DNA from: Eledone cirrhosa
Taxonomy: Eukaryota
Length of the DNA: 64,000 nt
Direction: 5' to 3'
Assembly: GCA_964016885.1 (NCBI GenBank)
Contig: OZ024743.1
Location: 323,578,001-323,642,000 of the forward strand
In this document: positions 1 to 12,665 of the stretch, piece after piece
How positions within the stretch are numbered: position 1 is the stretch's first letter
How the letters are laid out: the number at the start of each line of letters is the position of its first letter
Position numbers and translations under genes: made by a program
The notes under the pieces: model-generated
The model's input: the letters and a program-made list of their open reading frames with translations, nothing else
Told to the model about the DNA's origin: nothing
Databases searched by the model: none

Positions 1-194
1 ACCACAGACCCTCCATCTCAACTCACCTTTTGAAAAGCAGAAGAACTGCGAAATCGGGAAAGGAACCAAATAAATATATATATTTAAAAAAAAAATAAGA
101 CTTCAGTTGCATTTTCGATTTCATCCCATTTTCTTTATACTTCCACTCGTGTAGGACACCTCGGTTATTTTTCATTTTGTAAAAAAAACCTCAC

Positions 195-200
<6 letters not shown>
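1..200 (+). mobile_element. PLE pseudo-LTR-like repeat family A (partial at window edge) with degenerate U3-A8 HHR
   Basis: Close matches at 37588-37800(-), 58580-58728(+) and 59871-60187. Ends in (TA)n. HHR fold at 26-63, with stem III mutated in this copy. Confidence 0.7.
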
Positions 201-246
<46 letters not shown>

Positions 247-430
247 AACATATGAAGCAATCACAGGAGATAATTTGTAAAGTGTGTAAATACACACAGC
301 TAGGTAGGTAACTAATTAAAGTTTAACTAGAACTTCAAATATAGATAACTTTTAAAATGATTAATCTTTGAGCATATTCTACAGTGGATATGGCGCATGT
401 CTCTCGGACATGGAAGCCTTAATTTGATTT

Positions 431-554
<124 letters not shown>

Positions 555-582
555 TATTTATATATATATATATAAACATATA

Positions 583-619
<37 letters not shown>

Positions 620-623
<4 letters not shown>

Positions 624-1088
624 GGAGAAAATGAAATGAAATTTCATTTCCCACTCTTAGTACGGCTGTTACTTAAATATAAGTATGTACACGTACATAC
701 ATATATGTATACAGACGTACAGTAGTATGTATATATATATATATACATACATGCACACATATATATATATATGTACGTATGGATTCACCGAACATTTATT
801 ATAATGCCGGTGTGTTTGTAAACAAACATCCCATATTAAGCCGCAGTGTCTAGCAACCATCGTTGCTCGTTTGTTCAACACTGACAAAGGAACGCTGTAC
901 TAGTTTCAAGCTTATTAGCTATCGTCAGCAACGTATACCTTCCTGCCAGATTGTTGAACGTATATACTTATGCATATTAACGGTTAACGGCCAAGTAGCC
1001 CAATTTGCATATCGAGTGGGTTAATCGGCCGGGTGGACCGAAACCGATAAACGGAAAAAATGAAATGAAATTTCATTTCCCACTCTTA
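620..1088. repeat. Cassette in (TA)n bounded by ~40-bp direct repeats
   Basis: aaacgg(a/g)aaaatgaaatgaaatttcatttcccactctta occurs at ~620-659 and ~1049-1088. Confidence 0.6.
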
Positions 1089-1091
1089 TAA

Positions 1092-1737
<646 letters not shown>

Positions 1738-1738
<1 letters not shown>

Positions 1739-1874
1739 AAGGAATAAATTGTGGTAAGGAACCAGATGGACCATAACGCACGAGAGTACTCAATAGTTAT
1801 GGTAGTAGAGTGGACTAGTCCAGAAATAGCCGTCGAAACGGCTTGAGCTCTGCCGTCGGGGTCATACTTTTTCC
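1738..1874. mobile_element. Repeat family D fragment (PLE pLTR-like, 3' half of an HHR)
   Basis: Similar to 9081-9275 and 24010-24190; contains GAAACggcttgagctctgccGTCggggtc. Confidence 0.6.
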
Positions 1875-1899
1875 TATATATATATACATATATATATAC

Positions 1900-1945
<46 letters not shown>

Positions 1946-1954
1946 CTATCTATC

Positions 1955-1986
<32 letters not shown>

Positions 1987-2234
1987 TATATATACATATA
2001 TATATATATATTTTATTTTTAATTTTTATTTTTATCCTTTACGCTCTTTCCTACATTCGTCTACACGCTACAGTCTTCTACAAGCCACGCATCTCAACGT
2101 ACACCCACTTACCTCTCTCTCTCCACCACCAGATCTTGTTACCCGGAGATTTACCCATCTGCATTGTCGAGGCTTCCAAACGACTTAAAGAAATTTACCT
2201 TATTATTCCACAATGCTTCAAGCAAACTTCAATA

Positions 2235-2316
<82 letters not shown>

Positions 2317-2354
2317 GAAATTACATGAATCAAAGTTCAGTTTAAATCATTTAT

Positions 2355-2403
2355 TTGCTTACAATTGTTTCCTCCAAACCGAGGTTTGGATTCTTCGGAG
2401 CAA
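2355..2403 (-). ncRNA. Type I hammerhead-like ribozyme, CCGAAGA core
   Basis: ttgct CCGAAGA a tccaaacc tc ggtttgga g GAAAC aatt GTA agcaa: stem I 5 bp, stem II 8 bp, palindromic stem III. Confidence 0.65.
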
Positions 2404-3898
2404 CTATTTAGTGATTTTTTACATACTTGACCTCCTTTTCAACACAAGAGACATATAAAAACATATGTATATATTGACCCACAGTGGGTTGACATCCATC
2501 ATAATAATATAGCATGGCAATTTACATACAAAGGTTACAGTCATATTAAAGGTTAAAATTAAAATAAAAATAAAAATAAAACATTGGCAGTTTATGAAGA
2601 TAAAGCAAGAGGAAAGTTTAGAGTAGTCAGTGTATGAAACAGTCTCACGTGTGGCATGCACGCGTGTCTTATTTATACAGGATTATAGTGCGGCAGATTG
2701 TTACATGTAAAACAAGCAGTTAAAGCAGGCAATCAATAGCATCATGGGGGCTGTATTGTTAAAGCATTTTCCACACACACCTGTACGATATATAAGCCCG
2801 TTTGTAGAGAAACACCAAACTTGATGGCCAGATTAGTGTCTTTGTATGAGGGAATTGATCTCTGGACCACCCTGGTGACATTTAACTTTGCCATGCATTC
2901 AGACATACAATGACCCAGAGCTTACCGGGAGTCATATATAGTAATAAGACCCTGCCAGGTTCTGCGGGTGGACTACACTTACAAAGATCATTGATTTGGA
3001 GGTCTGACTCTTCTTGTAGAATGTTCGGTTGTGGCACTCCATGATAGAAGGTAATCATCCTGATATGAACACCTTTATTACTTATTGATAGACTACACTG
3101 TTATTTATAGATAAGATACCTAAATTTAGAAATTGTTTATAACCTTATATGATAGGGATTCATTTGAAACACCATTAATGTACTTTAGGATAATAAATTT
3201 AACTATGAAAATCAGCTACGCATTAACTCCCCTTACGCATTAACTCCCCTTAATCACACACACACTCCCGGAATATAATGCAATGTCATCTCTCACAACA
3301 AAAACAACCTGATCTATGAATCGAATTAAGGAACGACAAGCTATGATTTATAACCTGGTTCACCAGGCACCCAATGTTGAATCATCGTGGATTGTGTGAT
3401 GGACATGTAGTCTATAAATTGCGTCTCCTGAATTGTGTGAGTGGTGGTGGGTGCGAGGACAGTGGGGCTGTTTTGCTTCTCATTAGTAATATTTTTTATA
3501 TTTTTGGTGTTTCTCTACAAAAATGCTTTAACAATACAGCCCCCATGATGCTATTGATTGCCTGCTTTAACTGCTTGTTTTACATGTAACAATCTGCCGC
3601 ACTATAATCCTGTATAAATAAGACACGCGTGCATGCCACACGTGAGACTGTTTCATACACTGACTACTCTAAACTTTCCTCTTGCTTTATCTTCATAAAC
3701 TGCCAATGTTTTATTTTTATTTTTATTTTAATTTTAACTTTAATTTTCTCCTTTAATATGACTGTAACCTTTGTATGTAAATTGCCATGCTATATTATTA
3801 TGATGGATGTCAACCCACTGTGGGTCAATATATACATATGTTTTTATATGTCTCTTGTGTTGAAAAGGAGGTCAAGTATGTAAAAAATCACTAAATAG

Positions 3899-3947
3899 TT
3901 GCTCCGAAGAATCCAAACCTCGGTTTGGAGTAAACAATTGTAAGCAA
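3899..3947 (+). ncRNA. Second copy of the same HHR, probably inactive (G12 to T)
   Basis: Same fold, but TAAAC replaces GAAAC. Confidence 0.5.
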
Positions 3948-4149
3948 ATAAATGATTTAAACTGAACTTTGATTCATGTAATTTCTATATAACTGCTCTG
4001 TAAAACAACTGATGTTATTACATTGAGCTATTTATCTTACTGGTAATAAGATAGTAATGAATTACTGTCTTTCACTATTTAGAGTTTAAAATATATATAA
4101 CTATAAAAGGTTTTATTATATACATAACCATAAATAGTATCCTTAATAC

Positions 4150-4231
<82 letters not shown>

Positions 4232-4316
4232 TATATATATAGACATATATATACACACATATATATGTATATATATACATATATATACATATATATATAT
4301 ATGTATATATATATAG

Positions 4317-4409
<93 letters not shown>

Positions 4410-4454
4410 CAAACCTCCAAACAAACCTGCAAACACAAATATAGTACAACACAA

Positions 4455-5262
4455 CTACACAGGACCAGGAGGGACCGATATCCCCGTGTCAAAATCGATA
4501 CGAGACCTGGGCATAGACATGAGCGATGATGCATCTTTTTCCTCACACAACATGAAAGTGGCGACAATGTGCAGACGACCCGCTGGCTGGATCTTGAGGA
4601 CTTTCCGGACAAGAGACCGAGACACCATGTTGACACTATGGAGGACAGTTGTCCTAAGCCGCCTGGACTACTGCTCCCAGTTGTGGTCACCCCATAGTGT
4701 CATACTAACCACGGAGCTTGAGGCAATCCAGCGAAGCTACACCAAGAGGATTGCCACGATGAAGGAGAAAAGCTGCTGGGAGAGGCTAAAGGAACTGAAC
4801 CTCTACTCCTTGGAAGGAAGACGGGAGAGATACGCAGTGATCTACATGTGGAAAATCCTGGAGTGACTAGCACCAAACTTTGGCATTGGGAGCTGCATCA
4901 ACCGTCGAACAGGACGTCTCTGTGTGGTGCCAAAGGTCCCGTCTTCCACATCTAGAATAAAGAGCAGGTTTTGAAATAGCCTGGGATTCAAGGGCCCTCA
5001 ACTCTTCAACAAGCTGCCGAGGGATCTGAGAGATTTGCATGACGTGGAGGTGGATGTCTTCAAGAAACATCTCGACACCTTGTTATCCAGGATCCTGGAT
5101 GAGCCCACAGCAAGGCACGAGGGAAACCTAAGGGCAGCAGCAACAAACTCCCTCTTACACCAGTGGCCAACCTATACAGGCTGGAGATAAAATGTGTAGC
5201 AACAAGGGCGGTGCCCAGCATGGCCTCAGCCGGATGGTTGAAACAGGTAAAAGAGTAAAAGA

Positions 5263-5265
<3 letters not shown>
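4455..5265 (+). mobile_element. 5'-truncated CR1-clade LINE (ORF2 C-terminus, 3' UTR, GTAAAAGA tail)
   Basis: ORF 4486-4866 reads RDLGI...[11 protein letters not shown]...[12 protein letters not shown]...ELEAIQR...LNLYSLEGRRER. Tandem gtaaaaga tail at ~5247-5265. Confidence 0.85.
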
Positions 5266-5342
<77 letters not shown>

Positions 5343-5564
5343 GTATATAGTCAAAAATGTACATCCACATATGTATACTGAAATACTAGTATGCATATGA
5401 ATACACACACGTATACATATGTAGATGTACCAAGTCTTTCACTGGTCACTTTACTGTGAGTGGCCAGCTATTCTGTATGTAAACACACAGACAAACCGGT
5501 TTTTAGAGTCATACTGGTTTTTGAGGAAACACCTTTCCTCTATTCTCCAGAAAGCCAGACAAGG

Positions 5565-5609
5565 AATATTGAACTAGTTTCGTTGTTGTTACAACTCATC
5601 AGCAATATT
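5565..5609 (-). ncRNA. Minimal type I hammerhead ribozyme
   Basis: aatattg CTGATGA gttg taacaa caac GAAAC TA GTT caatatt: canonical core, 7-bp stem I, palindromic stem III (aactagtt). Confidence 0.8.
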
Positions 5610-6030
5610 TACCTATCTACCGGCCTTTCTGGAGAATCGTAAAAGCACATATCGTTATATGCTTTTTCTATGAAAATTAGTAGTGGGCAGACTAATTTGC
5701 ATAGAGTGTGAGTACGTACCGGTTCAAAGGAGACGATAAAAACAAATAACGAAACGAAATTAAATTTCGTTTCGTTTGTAACTCACTTTTGTATGACTGA
5801 CGCTTAAACAATTAAGTCAAAAATGTACATCCACATATGTATACTGAAATACTAGTATGCATATGAATACACACACGTATACATATGTAGATGTACCAAG
5901 TCTTTCACTGGTCACTTTACTGTGAGTGGCCAGCTATTCTGTATGTAAACACACAGACAAACCGGTTTTTAGAGTCATACTGGTTTTTGAGGAAACACCT
6001 TTCCTCTATTCTCCAGAAAGCCAGACAAGG

Positions 6031-6075
6031 AATATTGAACTAGTTTCGTTGTTGTTACAACTCATCAGCAATATT
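6031..6075 (-). ncRNA. Minimal type I hammerhead ribozyme (second tandem unit)
   Basis: Identical to 5565-5609. Confidence 0.8.
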
Positions 6076-6255
6076 TACCTATCTACCGGCCTTTCTGGAG
6101 AATCGTAAAAGCACATATCGTTATATGCTTTTTCTATGAAAATTAGTAGTGGGCAGACTAATTTGCATAGAGTGTGAGTACGTACCGGTTCAACGGAGAC
6201 GATGAAAACAAATAACGAAACGAAATTAAATTTCGTTTCGTTTGTAACTCACTTT

Positions 6256-6361
<106 letters not shown>

Positions 6362-6363
6362 CA

Positions 6364-6407
<44 letters not shown>

Positions 6408-6435
6408 TACATATACATACATATATATATATACG

Positions 6436-6467
<32 letters not shown>

Positions 6468-6765
6468 TATATACATACATATACACACACACACATATAT
6501 ATATATAAATATACGTATATATATATATATATATTTATTTATTTTATTAAAATAACAGATTAAAGTTTAAGCAAAAAATCGATGCTTTCGCCCATAACTG
6601 GATCTTCTGAAACTAAAAAAGTCAATCTGTGAACGCAGAAGTAAATATTTCATAAAACGTTGCAACCGAAGGAAGACAGGGAGACGATACTTTGGTTCGT
6701 GGAAACGTTCCCTGGCAAAGAACGGAAAAAAACGAAGATAATACGTCATTATTTGGTGCAGTGAA

Positions 6766-6870
6766 TCCCGCCGAGGAGGTTAACTTTGCCTTTCATCCTT
6801 ACGGGGTCGATAAAATAAAGTACCAGTAATACACTGGATAATTGCTGGCCTTGTGCCTAAGGTAGAAACA
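6766..6870 (+). mobile_element. 5'-truncated tRNA-derived SINE with 18-bp TSD
   Basis: TSD attatttggtgcagtgaa at 6748-6765 and 6871-6888; the empty site is in the opposite arm (7402-7419). Confidence 0.9.
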
Positions 6871-7552
6871 ATTATTTGGTGCAGTGAAAACAATTACACG
6901 CGAAGACAAAACCACGTTTATGGTATAAATGAAGTCGTAGACTAATATTCTATTAGGTGGTTCATAGAGACGTTCTCTGGCAATGAACGGAAAAAACAGA
7001 GATAATACGTCATTATGTGGACAGGTTCAGAAAAGAACTCACAGCCTTCTTTAAAGGCTTCAACCTCTCCATACAGGTTGCGGCCACCTCTCGGTCGTTA
7101 ATTACCTCGACGTTACTCTCGATTTGTTGAATGGCTTGCACTACCCGTATAGAAAACCGAATGATACGCTTAATTACACAAGTAAGCATTCTAACCATCC
7201 TGCCAGCATAACCAAGAACCTGGTAAGTAACGTTTCTTTGAGGCTTTCCCGTCTATCTACAAACGAGCATATTTTCAACGACCATGCCACATATTACAAT
7301 GAAGCTCTTGCTCGGAACGTCTCCATGAACCACCTAATAGAATATTAGTCTACGACTTCATTTATACCATAAACGTGGTTTTGTCTTCGCGTGTAATTGT
7401 TTTCACTGCACCAAATAATGACGTATTATCTTCGTTTTTTTCCGTTCTTTGCCAGGGAACATTTCCACGAACCAAAGTATCGTCTCCCTGTCTTCCTTCG
7501 GTTGCAACGTTTTTTGAAATATTTACTTCTGCGTTCACAGATTGACTTTTTT

Positions 7553-7603
7553 AGTTTCAGAAGATCCCGTTATGGGGGAAAGCAGCGATTCTTTGCTTAA
7601 ACT
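7553..7603 (+). ncRNA. Hammerhead-like fold with CAGAAGA core (family B)
   Basis: agttt CAGAAGA tccc gttat gggg GAA AGCAG cgattct TTGCT T aaact. Also present at 18268-18318 and in the minus-strand copies. Confidence 0.5.
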
Positions 7604-7725
7604 TTAATCTGTTATTTTAATAAATATTTGCTCTACGGTTCTTATATATCTGATATATATTTATCCTTATCGAGCCCTCTTTGGATTTTAGTCTTCAAAT
7701 TTATTATTATTACTATTATTATTAT

Positions 7726-7799
<74 letters not shown>

Positions 7800-7800
<1 letters not shown>

Positions 7801-8399
7801 AGGTTGGTGCTACTGGTAACATGTATCCCAGTACAACCTGTCTCATGGTCGGGTCATTGGCGACTAAACTGGCAACCCCACCAAGCTTTCTTGGTGAGGA
7901 GGGTGACTTTGGACATCCTGCAGGACTAAAAACAAAACCTGTCAAAAGGCAAAGGAGCTCTTAAGAGTCAATGGCCATCCAAAATCACCGGGAGAGATGA
8001 CCCCTTAGCCTTTGTCAAGGCAGAATTCTAGGAGAAGGAAAACTCTGATATAACACCTGAAACGCTGATGGTATCCAATGATGTTGACTTGTTCTTCTTT
8101 TTGGTAAATATCATCTTGGTTAAGAGAGTGGGACTGGCTTTGTGCAGTGCCTTTGCTCACTATAAAAGCTTCACGGCACAGGCATTGCTTTATATCTGGA
8201 GATCTCTCTGCACTTGTCGTCACAGGGTACCATGGGCCCAGCACTATGTGTCAATAATTGTCACAAGTGTAGTGTTTGTACCAGAGTTGTCAAGTCGCTG
8301 GCTGGACTAAAAAGTCACACTCGTTCAGCGCATCAGTAGGGGTTCTCCTACATGGATATGAAGTAGTGGCCGTACTCGAAAACGAGTTGGCAGCCACCA
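7800..8399 (+). mobile_element. ~600-bp non-autonomous retroposon family C (RTE 5'-UTR-like head)
   Basis: Near-identical copies at 57225-57827(+) and 25467-25880(-). The head resembles 63748-63925(+) and 27500-27620(-). Microsatellite tail. Confidence 0.75.
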
Positions 8400-8806
8400 T
8401 ATATATATACATATATATATATATATAGTAATAATAATAAATTTGATTATTAACATTTCTAATTTTATTTATTCATTTCATCTCAATTGTTAAGTTCACT
8501 CAACAAGATATGACTTAGAGTTTTCGTCCTCTCCCCTTCTCTATGTCTCCTCTCTCTATCTATATCTTTCTCTCTCTGTTGTTTTGGTATCTCTCTCTCT
8601 TTTCTCTCTTTTTTCTTTCTTTCTCTCTTTTTTCTCTCTCTCCTTCTTTTTCTTTCTCTATAACCCAACGGCTTATTTTAAAAATAAAAATATCCAATAC
8701 TAATAATAATATAAGTAAACAACTCCACTATCCGGGAGCTTCCAACAGTAATGGTTGCATTTTTTAAGGGTATGTCAATATTTATTTATAAAACTGATCT
8801 ATATTA

Positions 8807-8871
8807 TATTTTGTCTGATGAAAGCACACCATAATTTAACTTGGTGTCCTTGAAATATGTATAATGAAATA
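8807..8871 (+). ncRNA. Type I hammerhead ribozyme
   Basis: tattttgt CTGATGA aag c acacc [loop] ggtgt c ctt GAAA t atgt ATA atgaaata. Related in context to 12603-12665. Confidence 0.65.
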
Positions 8872-8998
8872 AATATGGTTTTATAAATATAGTTTCCATT
8901 TGTTAATATCGTATGTTTACTCCAAATACTTGTTGAGTGCTTTATATCAGTTATAAAAATATTTGCTTGTTGTATCCCAACAATTTAAATAGAACTTT

Positions 8999-9080
<82 letters not shown>

Positions 9081-9081
<1 letters not shown>

Positions 9082-9275
9082 CGAAGGAAATGTGGTAAGG
9101 AACCAGGTGGACCATAACGCACAAAAGTACTCAATACTTAGGGTAGTAGAGTGGGTAATAGGAACGAGTAGGACCCCGACGGCTGAGTTCAAGCCGTTTC
9201 GACGGCTAATTCTGGACTCAGAATTAGCCGTCGAAACGGCTTGAGCTCAGCCGTCGGGGTCCTACTCGTTCCTAT
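9081..9275. mobile_element. Family D pLTR-like cassette with a ~57-bp-arm fold-back hairpin (9158-9275)
   Basis: Near-perfect palindrome centred on ctg-gact-cag; each arm carries GAAAC...GTC. Confidence 0.75.
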
Positions 9276-9294
9276 ATATATATATATATATATA

Positions 9295-10270
9295 AAAGCT
9301 GAATATAAAATGAAAGTGCTTTTATAAAGGATTTTATTATATTTATGTGATATTGGAAAATGTTTTTTAACTAATCGAAAGAATTGTGTAATATGGAAAT
9401 ATTTTGTATTATGAAATCAAAAAATATTTTATGAAATAACAGAATAGAGCGATCGTTATACTGTAACCATCGCTTGAAATCTACATTTTCATATTACAAA
9501 CGCTACCAGGATTGAACGCCTGTCTCCATCTCCGTTTGATTGTCAAAATACATATTAACATTCTTTATTAGTCTTAATTCTATCAACTCTTCTATTCTTT
9601 ACCATTTAATATAAACTGCTATAGATAAAATGAGATTTCTTAATTCAATTCCCTAATGCATATACCAGCAGGCTACCAGCATTGTTGTTATACAGTAGCA
9701 GTGAAAATCTCTCTCTTCCTTACTTGACACTTTATATCTGTATTAATACTTCTACACCAAACGACCAGCCCTGTCCATTGTTCAATTGGTCAAATATAGA
9801 TTAAAATAGGCACTCCCAAAAATTCTTATTTAGATAAAATAAGCCATATACTCACTGTATTCTCATTAAAAACCTTCTATATACTTGTTTACCAGCAAAT
9901 TGAATTGCCATCTGTCATATACTATCCCTTCTCTTCTTCCTTTCTTACAACTAATATAAATACTTTAATTTTTCTGATTTTTTCCAATTTATCCATTATC
10001 TCTGAAGAAGTGACAACTGATTATACATTTGCTATCGAATACTTGCTAACATTATATGATTACGCAAGCAGCGATACATAGGTATTCCGTCTGTTACAGA
10101 AACATATGTCAATACCTAATAAATTCCTTTATAAAAGCACTTTCATTTTATATTCATCTTTTCTACATTTTCTCCGGAATATAATTTATACTCGTTGAGC
10201 AAACCTACACGTACGCTGTTGATCTCTAACGTGACGATATATTATCACTACATTATTGATAACTTGAAAT
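9295..10270 (+). mobile_element. PLE pLTR-like cassette in (TA)n with inverted end repeat and a long-stem-II HHR candidate (10002-10110)
   Basis: 9295-9347 is the reverse complement of ~10118-10163. CTGAAGA a gtgaca...tgttac a GAAAC atat GTC; stem I is imperfect. Confidence 0.55.
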
Positions 10271-10552
10271 TTATATATATATATATATATATATATTTGA
10301 CCTGTGCGTAATTCTTTTCTTTCGCACGCTTGGCCAGGCCGGTTCGCCTTTTTTCTCTCTCTCGTCTACGATTTCACAGAACTTATGTTCACCGAATTCA
10401 CGGTGTTGATCAAAGTTAACAAATAAAGTTGTGTGTATCAATGTTTAGGCATGCTAATTGAAATATTGTCATTCATTCTAACGTTGTTTTTTCTATAGAT
10501 ATTTATAAAATAAAGCAATATTAAAGGCCATTGATGTTTTTTACTGTTGATT

Positions 10553-12456
10553 ATATATTCCCGGTAACAGAGTTGTTATTGGTTCTTTCTTTCTCGTTTT
10601 ATGTGAGGCTAAAAAAGTGGACATAGCTTTATGGAGGCAATTAGAGAATAATTCACTTTTTTTGTTAATTAAGGTCTCATAATTATTAATAATCTCCATT
10701 GTACAGAGCGGGCAGTTATTTGATATACTAGAGTTGCGGTAAATTCCACAGTTCCGAAGTTTTGTCCAAAGAATGGAGTATTCCAGATTCTTCTCTTTTA
10801 AAGATCATATGAGCTGTGATAAAGACGTGGATGATTTCTTCTTAGAGTTCGAGAATGAGCATTTATGGTTCGTGAAATGAAGTTTGAATGTGGACGAGGA
10901 TGATCCAATGTAATTGTATGTTTTATGGTCGGTTTTTACGGTGCATTTATAAACCAAATTACTATCTAAACAATTATTTTGCAAAGGGCAATTGCTTTTA
11001 TTTCTACAATTACAATTTGGTTTAGTATCATTAATGTTAACTCTATTATTATGATCATTATGTTGGTTTGGTTTTAGGATTTTGGCGTTTAATTTGGCAA
11101 TGTTTTGGGCCATGTTACTGGTTGTAGAATTTGCGAATTTAATGGTATGTCTATTAAAAATGGAATGGTATTTATGTTGAGTAGGGAAAGAGGTGTCAAG
11201 AGCTTTAAAGAATAGTTTTGCAATTGGTGTTTTAACTGCGACCGAAGCTGGGGGTGCAAACCATATGACTGGTTTAGATCTAGTTCGTATTCTCGATTTA
11301 TTTAGCGTATGTGTGTTTGAGTTATAGTGATTAGAGTTACTCTTATATGTGTTATACTTTTTATTATTATTATTAGGAATAATACTTGGATTGTTATTAT
11401 CTACATATTCTATATTATTCATATATCCTGCTCTTTTTAAAGCGTTGTTGTAATATTCCGCATTTTTATCAAATATATATTTATTAGCTGATATTTTATT
11501 AATACGTTTTTGCACACTATTTACTATAGCTTTTTTTTTTACAGATCTAGGGTGATTTGAATAGTTACTAACATAGTTTAAGTTTTCATTAGGCTTATGA
11601 AAAGGGTAATAGAAGCCGGTGTTTAAGTTAAAGGTAACGTCAAGGAAATTAACCATTTTGGTACCATTTTCTACTTCTAATTTAAGGTCGTACGTTTTAA
11701 AGAATTCTATTATACTTTTCTTAACTCTATTGAATTCTATATTGTTGTGTTTGACCACCGTAAATAAAATGTCATCTCTATATAAACCACCGGTAATCTC
11801 CGGCAGTTTTCTATTTATCATGTTTAATATGAAAATTCCCAGAAGATCTGTGATTTGCGCGGAATCAGATGCCCCCATAGTGATATCAAAGTTTCTATCT
11901 CTATCTGAGCATGTCCAAAATTCGTTATTGAAGTTAATGAGAGTTCTTCTAGCTGTTAAAATTATATCTATTTCATTTGTGGTTAGATCAGTATGCTTAT
12001 AAGCATATGAGAGGGCCTTATTTAGAAGTTTAGGTGTTATAGAAGAATAGTAGCTAGTAATATCCATCTGGATGAATTTATAGTTTTCCTTATCTTCAAT
12101 GTTTTTGTACCATTCAATGACCTCGTTTGTATCTTTCCATAAGCTCAAACTAGATCTCAATTTAAGAGTGGGTAATATTCTATCTATGATGTTTTTACTG
12201 ATTACTCCTATATCCGATTTCGATGGAGCAATCAGTCTAACTGGCATTTCTTCCTTAAAGTTTCTTTTATGATCCTTCAGGTTAATCCTCGGCTGCCTAG
12301 GCAAGAATGGCTCAGTTCTTCCTTGTATTCCTAGATTGGTAATTAAATTATAAGCTTCTTCATTAATTCCAGTAAGATCATCAGCCGGGGCTTTTTTGTA
12401 ATTTTTCCTAAGTTCTTTCAGGATCAGGTCGTTATATTCATCTTTAAGTATGCAAC
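10553..12456 (-). pseudogene. Penelope-like retroelement ORF (RT plus C-terminal GIY-YIG), 5'-truncated, with a nonsense codon and frameshift near the end; possibly Naiad clade
   Basis: Motifs MDITSYYSSI, TMGASDS, GLYRDD, NFLDVTFNL, SNHP, WFAPP, CNCR..CPL..C, LVYKC...YIGS. The frame stays open upstream of 12304 to ~12456. After the TGA at 10805 a shifted frame gives CPLC..E...LINKKSELFSNCLH. Confidence 0.92.
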
Positions 12457-12602
12457 GTTTTTTTCTTACTCACACACTCTCTAATGAATTCATTACGTTT
12501 TCGCACTCTCACACAGATATTATATGAGTAAAATTTTCTATCGAGTAATCACTACCTTGATTAAATCTTAACCATTTAACATCTCAGGGTATGTCATGTA
12601 TC

Positions 12603-12665
12603 ATTATATTTTGTCTGATGAGGACGTACTGTTGTACATCCGAAATATTTATAATAAAATGTAAT
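12603..12665 (+). ncRNA. Type I hammerhead ribozyme, antisense to and adjoining the PLE 5' truncation
   Basis: attatattttgt CTGATGA gga c gtac tgtt gtac a tcc GAAA t attt ATA ataaaatgtaat; 12-bp stem I with GU pairs. Confidence 0.8.

Larger units (their letters stand above)
2313..3990. mobile_element. Degenerate PLE insertion with ~460-bp inverted pseudo-LTR arms (2313-2770 / 3519-3988)
   Basis: Arms are near-identical reverse complements, each with an HHR fold. The spacer has a decayed GIY-YIG C-terminus-like stretch (RIKERQAMIYNLVHQAPN, + ~3322-3378) and a possible minus-strand ORF remnant (~2775-3060). Confidence 0.7.
6545..7710 (+). mobile_element. PLE family B insertion: inverted pLTR (6545-7015), RT fragment (7015-7315), pLTR (7316-7710)
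   Basis: RT C-terminus VNYLDVTLDL/NGLHYPYRKPNDTLNYTSKHSNHPASI...YYNEALAR. The arms are reverse complements. Confidence 0.85.

Noticed and set aside
5460-6108. Duplicated 60-aa ORFs, and the repeated 79-80-aa ORFs at 8005, 25560 and 57433
   Set aside because: They recur only because the repeats recur; alternative start codons and no recognisable domain.
10365-10450. HHR in the PLE 3' region
   Set aside because: The core would need several substitutions and stem I does not pair.
10805-10807. In-frame TGA as selenocysteine, as reported for some Naiad PLEs
   Set aside because: It aligns with Trp in the paralogous ORF (AYIWSLK versus QLI*SLK) and is followed by a frameshift, so it is a TGG to TGA mutation.
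11619-12002. 127-aa plus-strand ORF
   Set aside because: Antisense shadow of the PLE RT.
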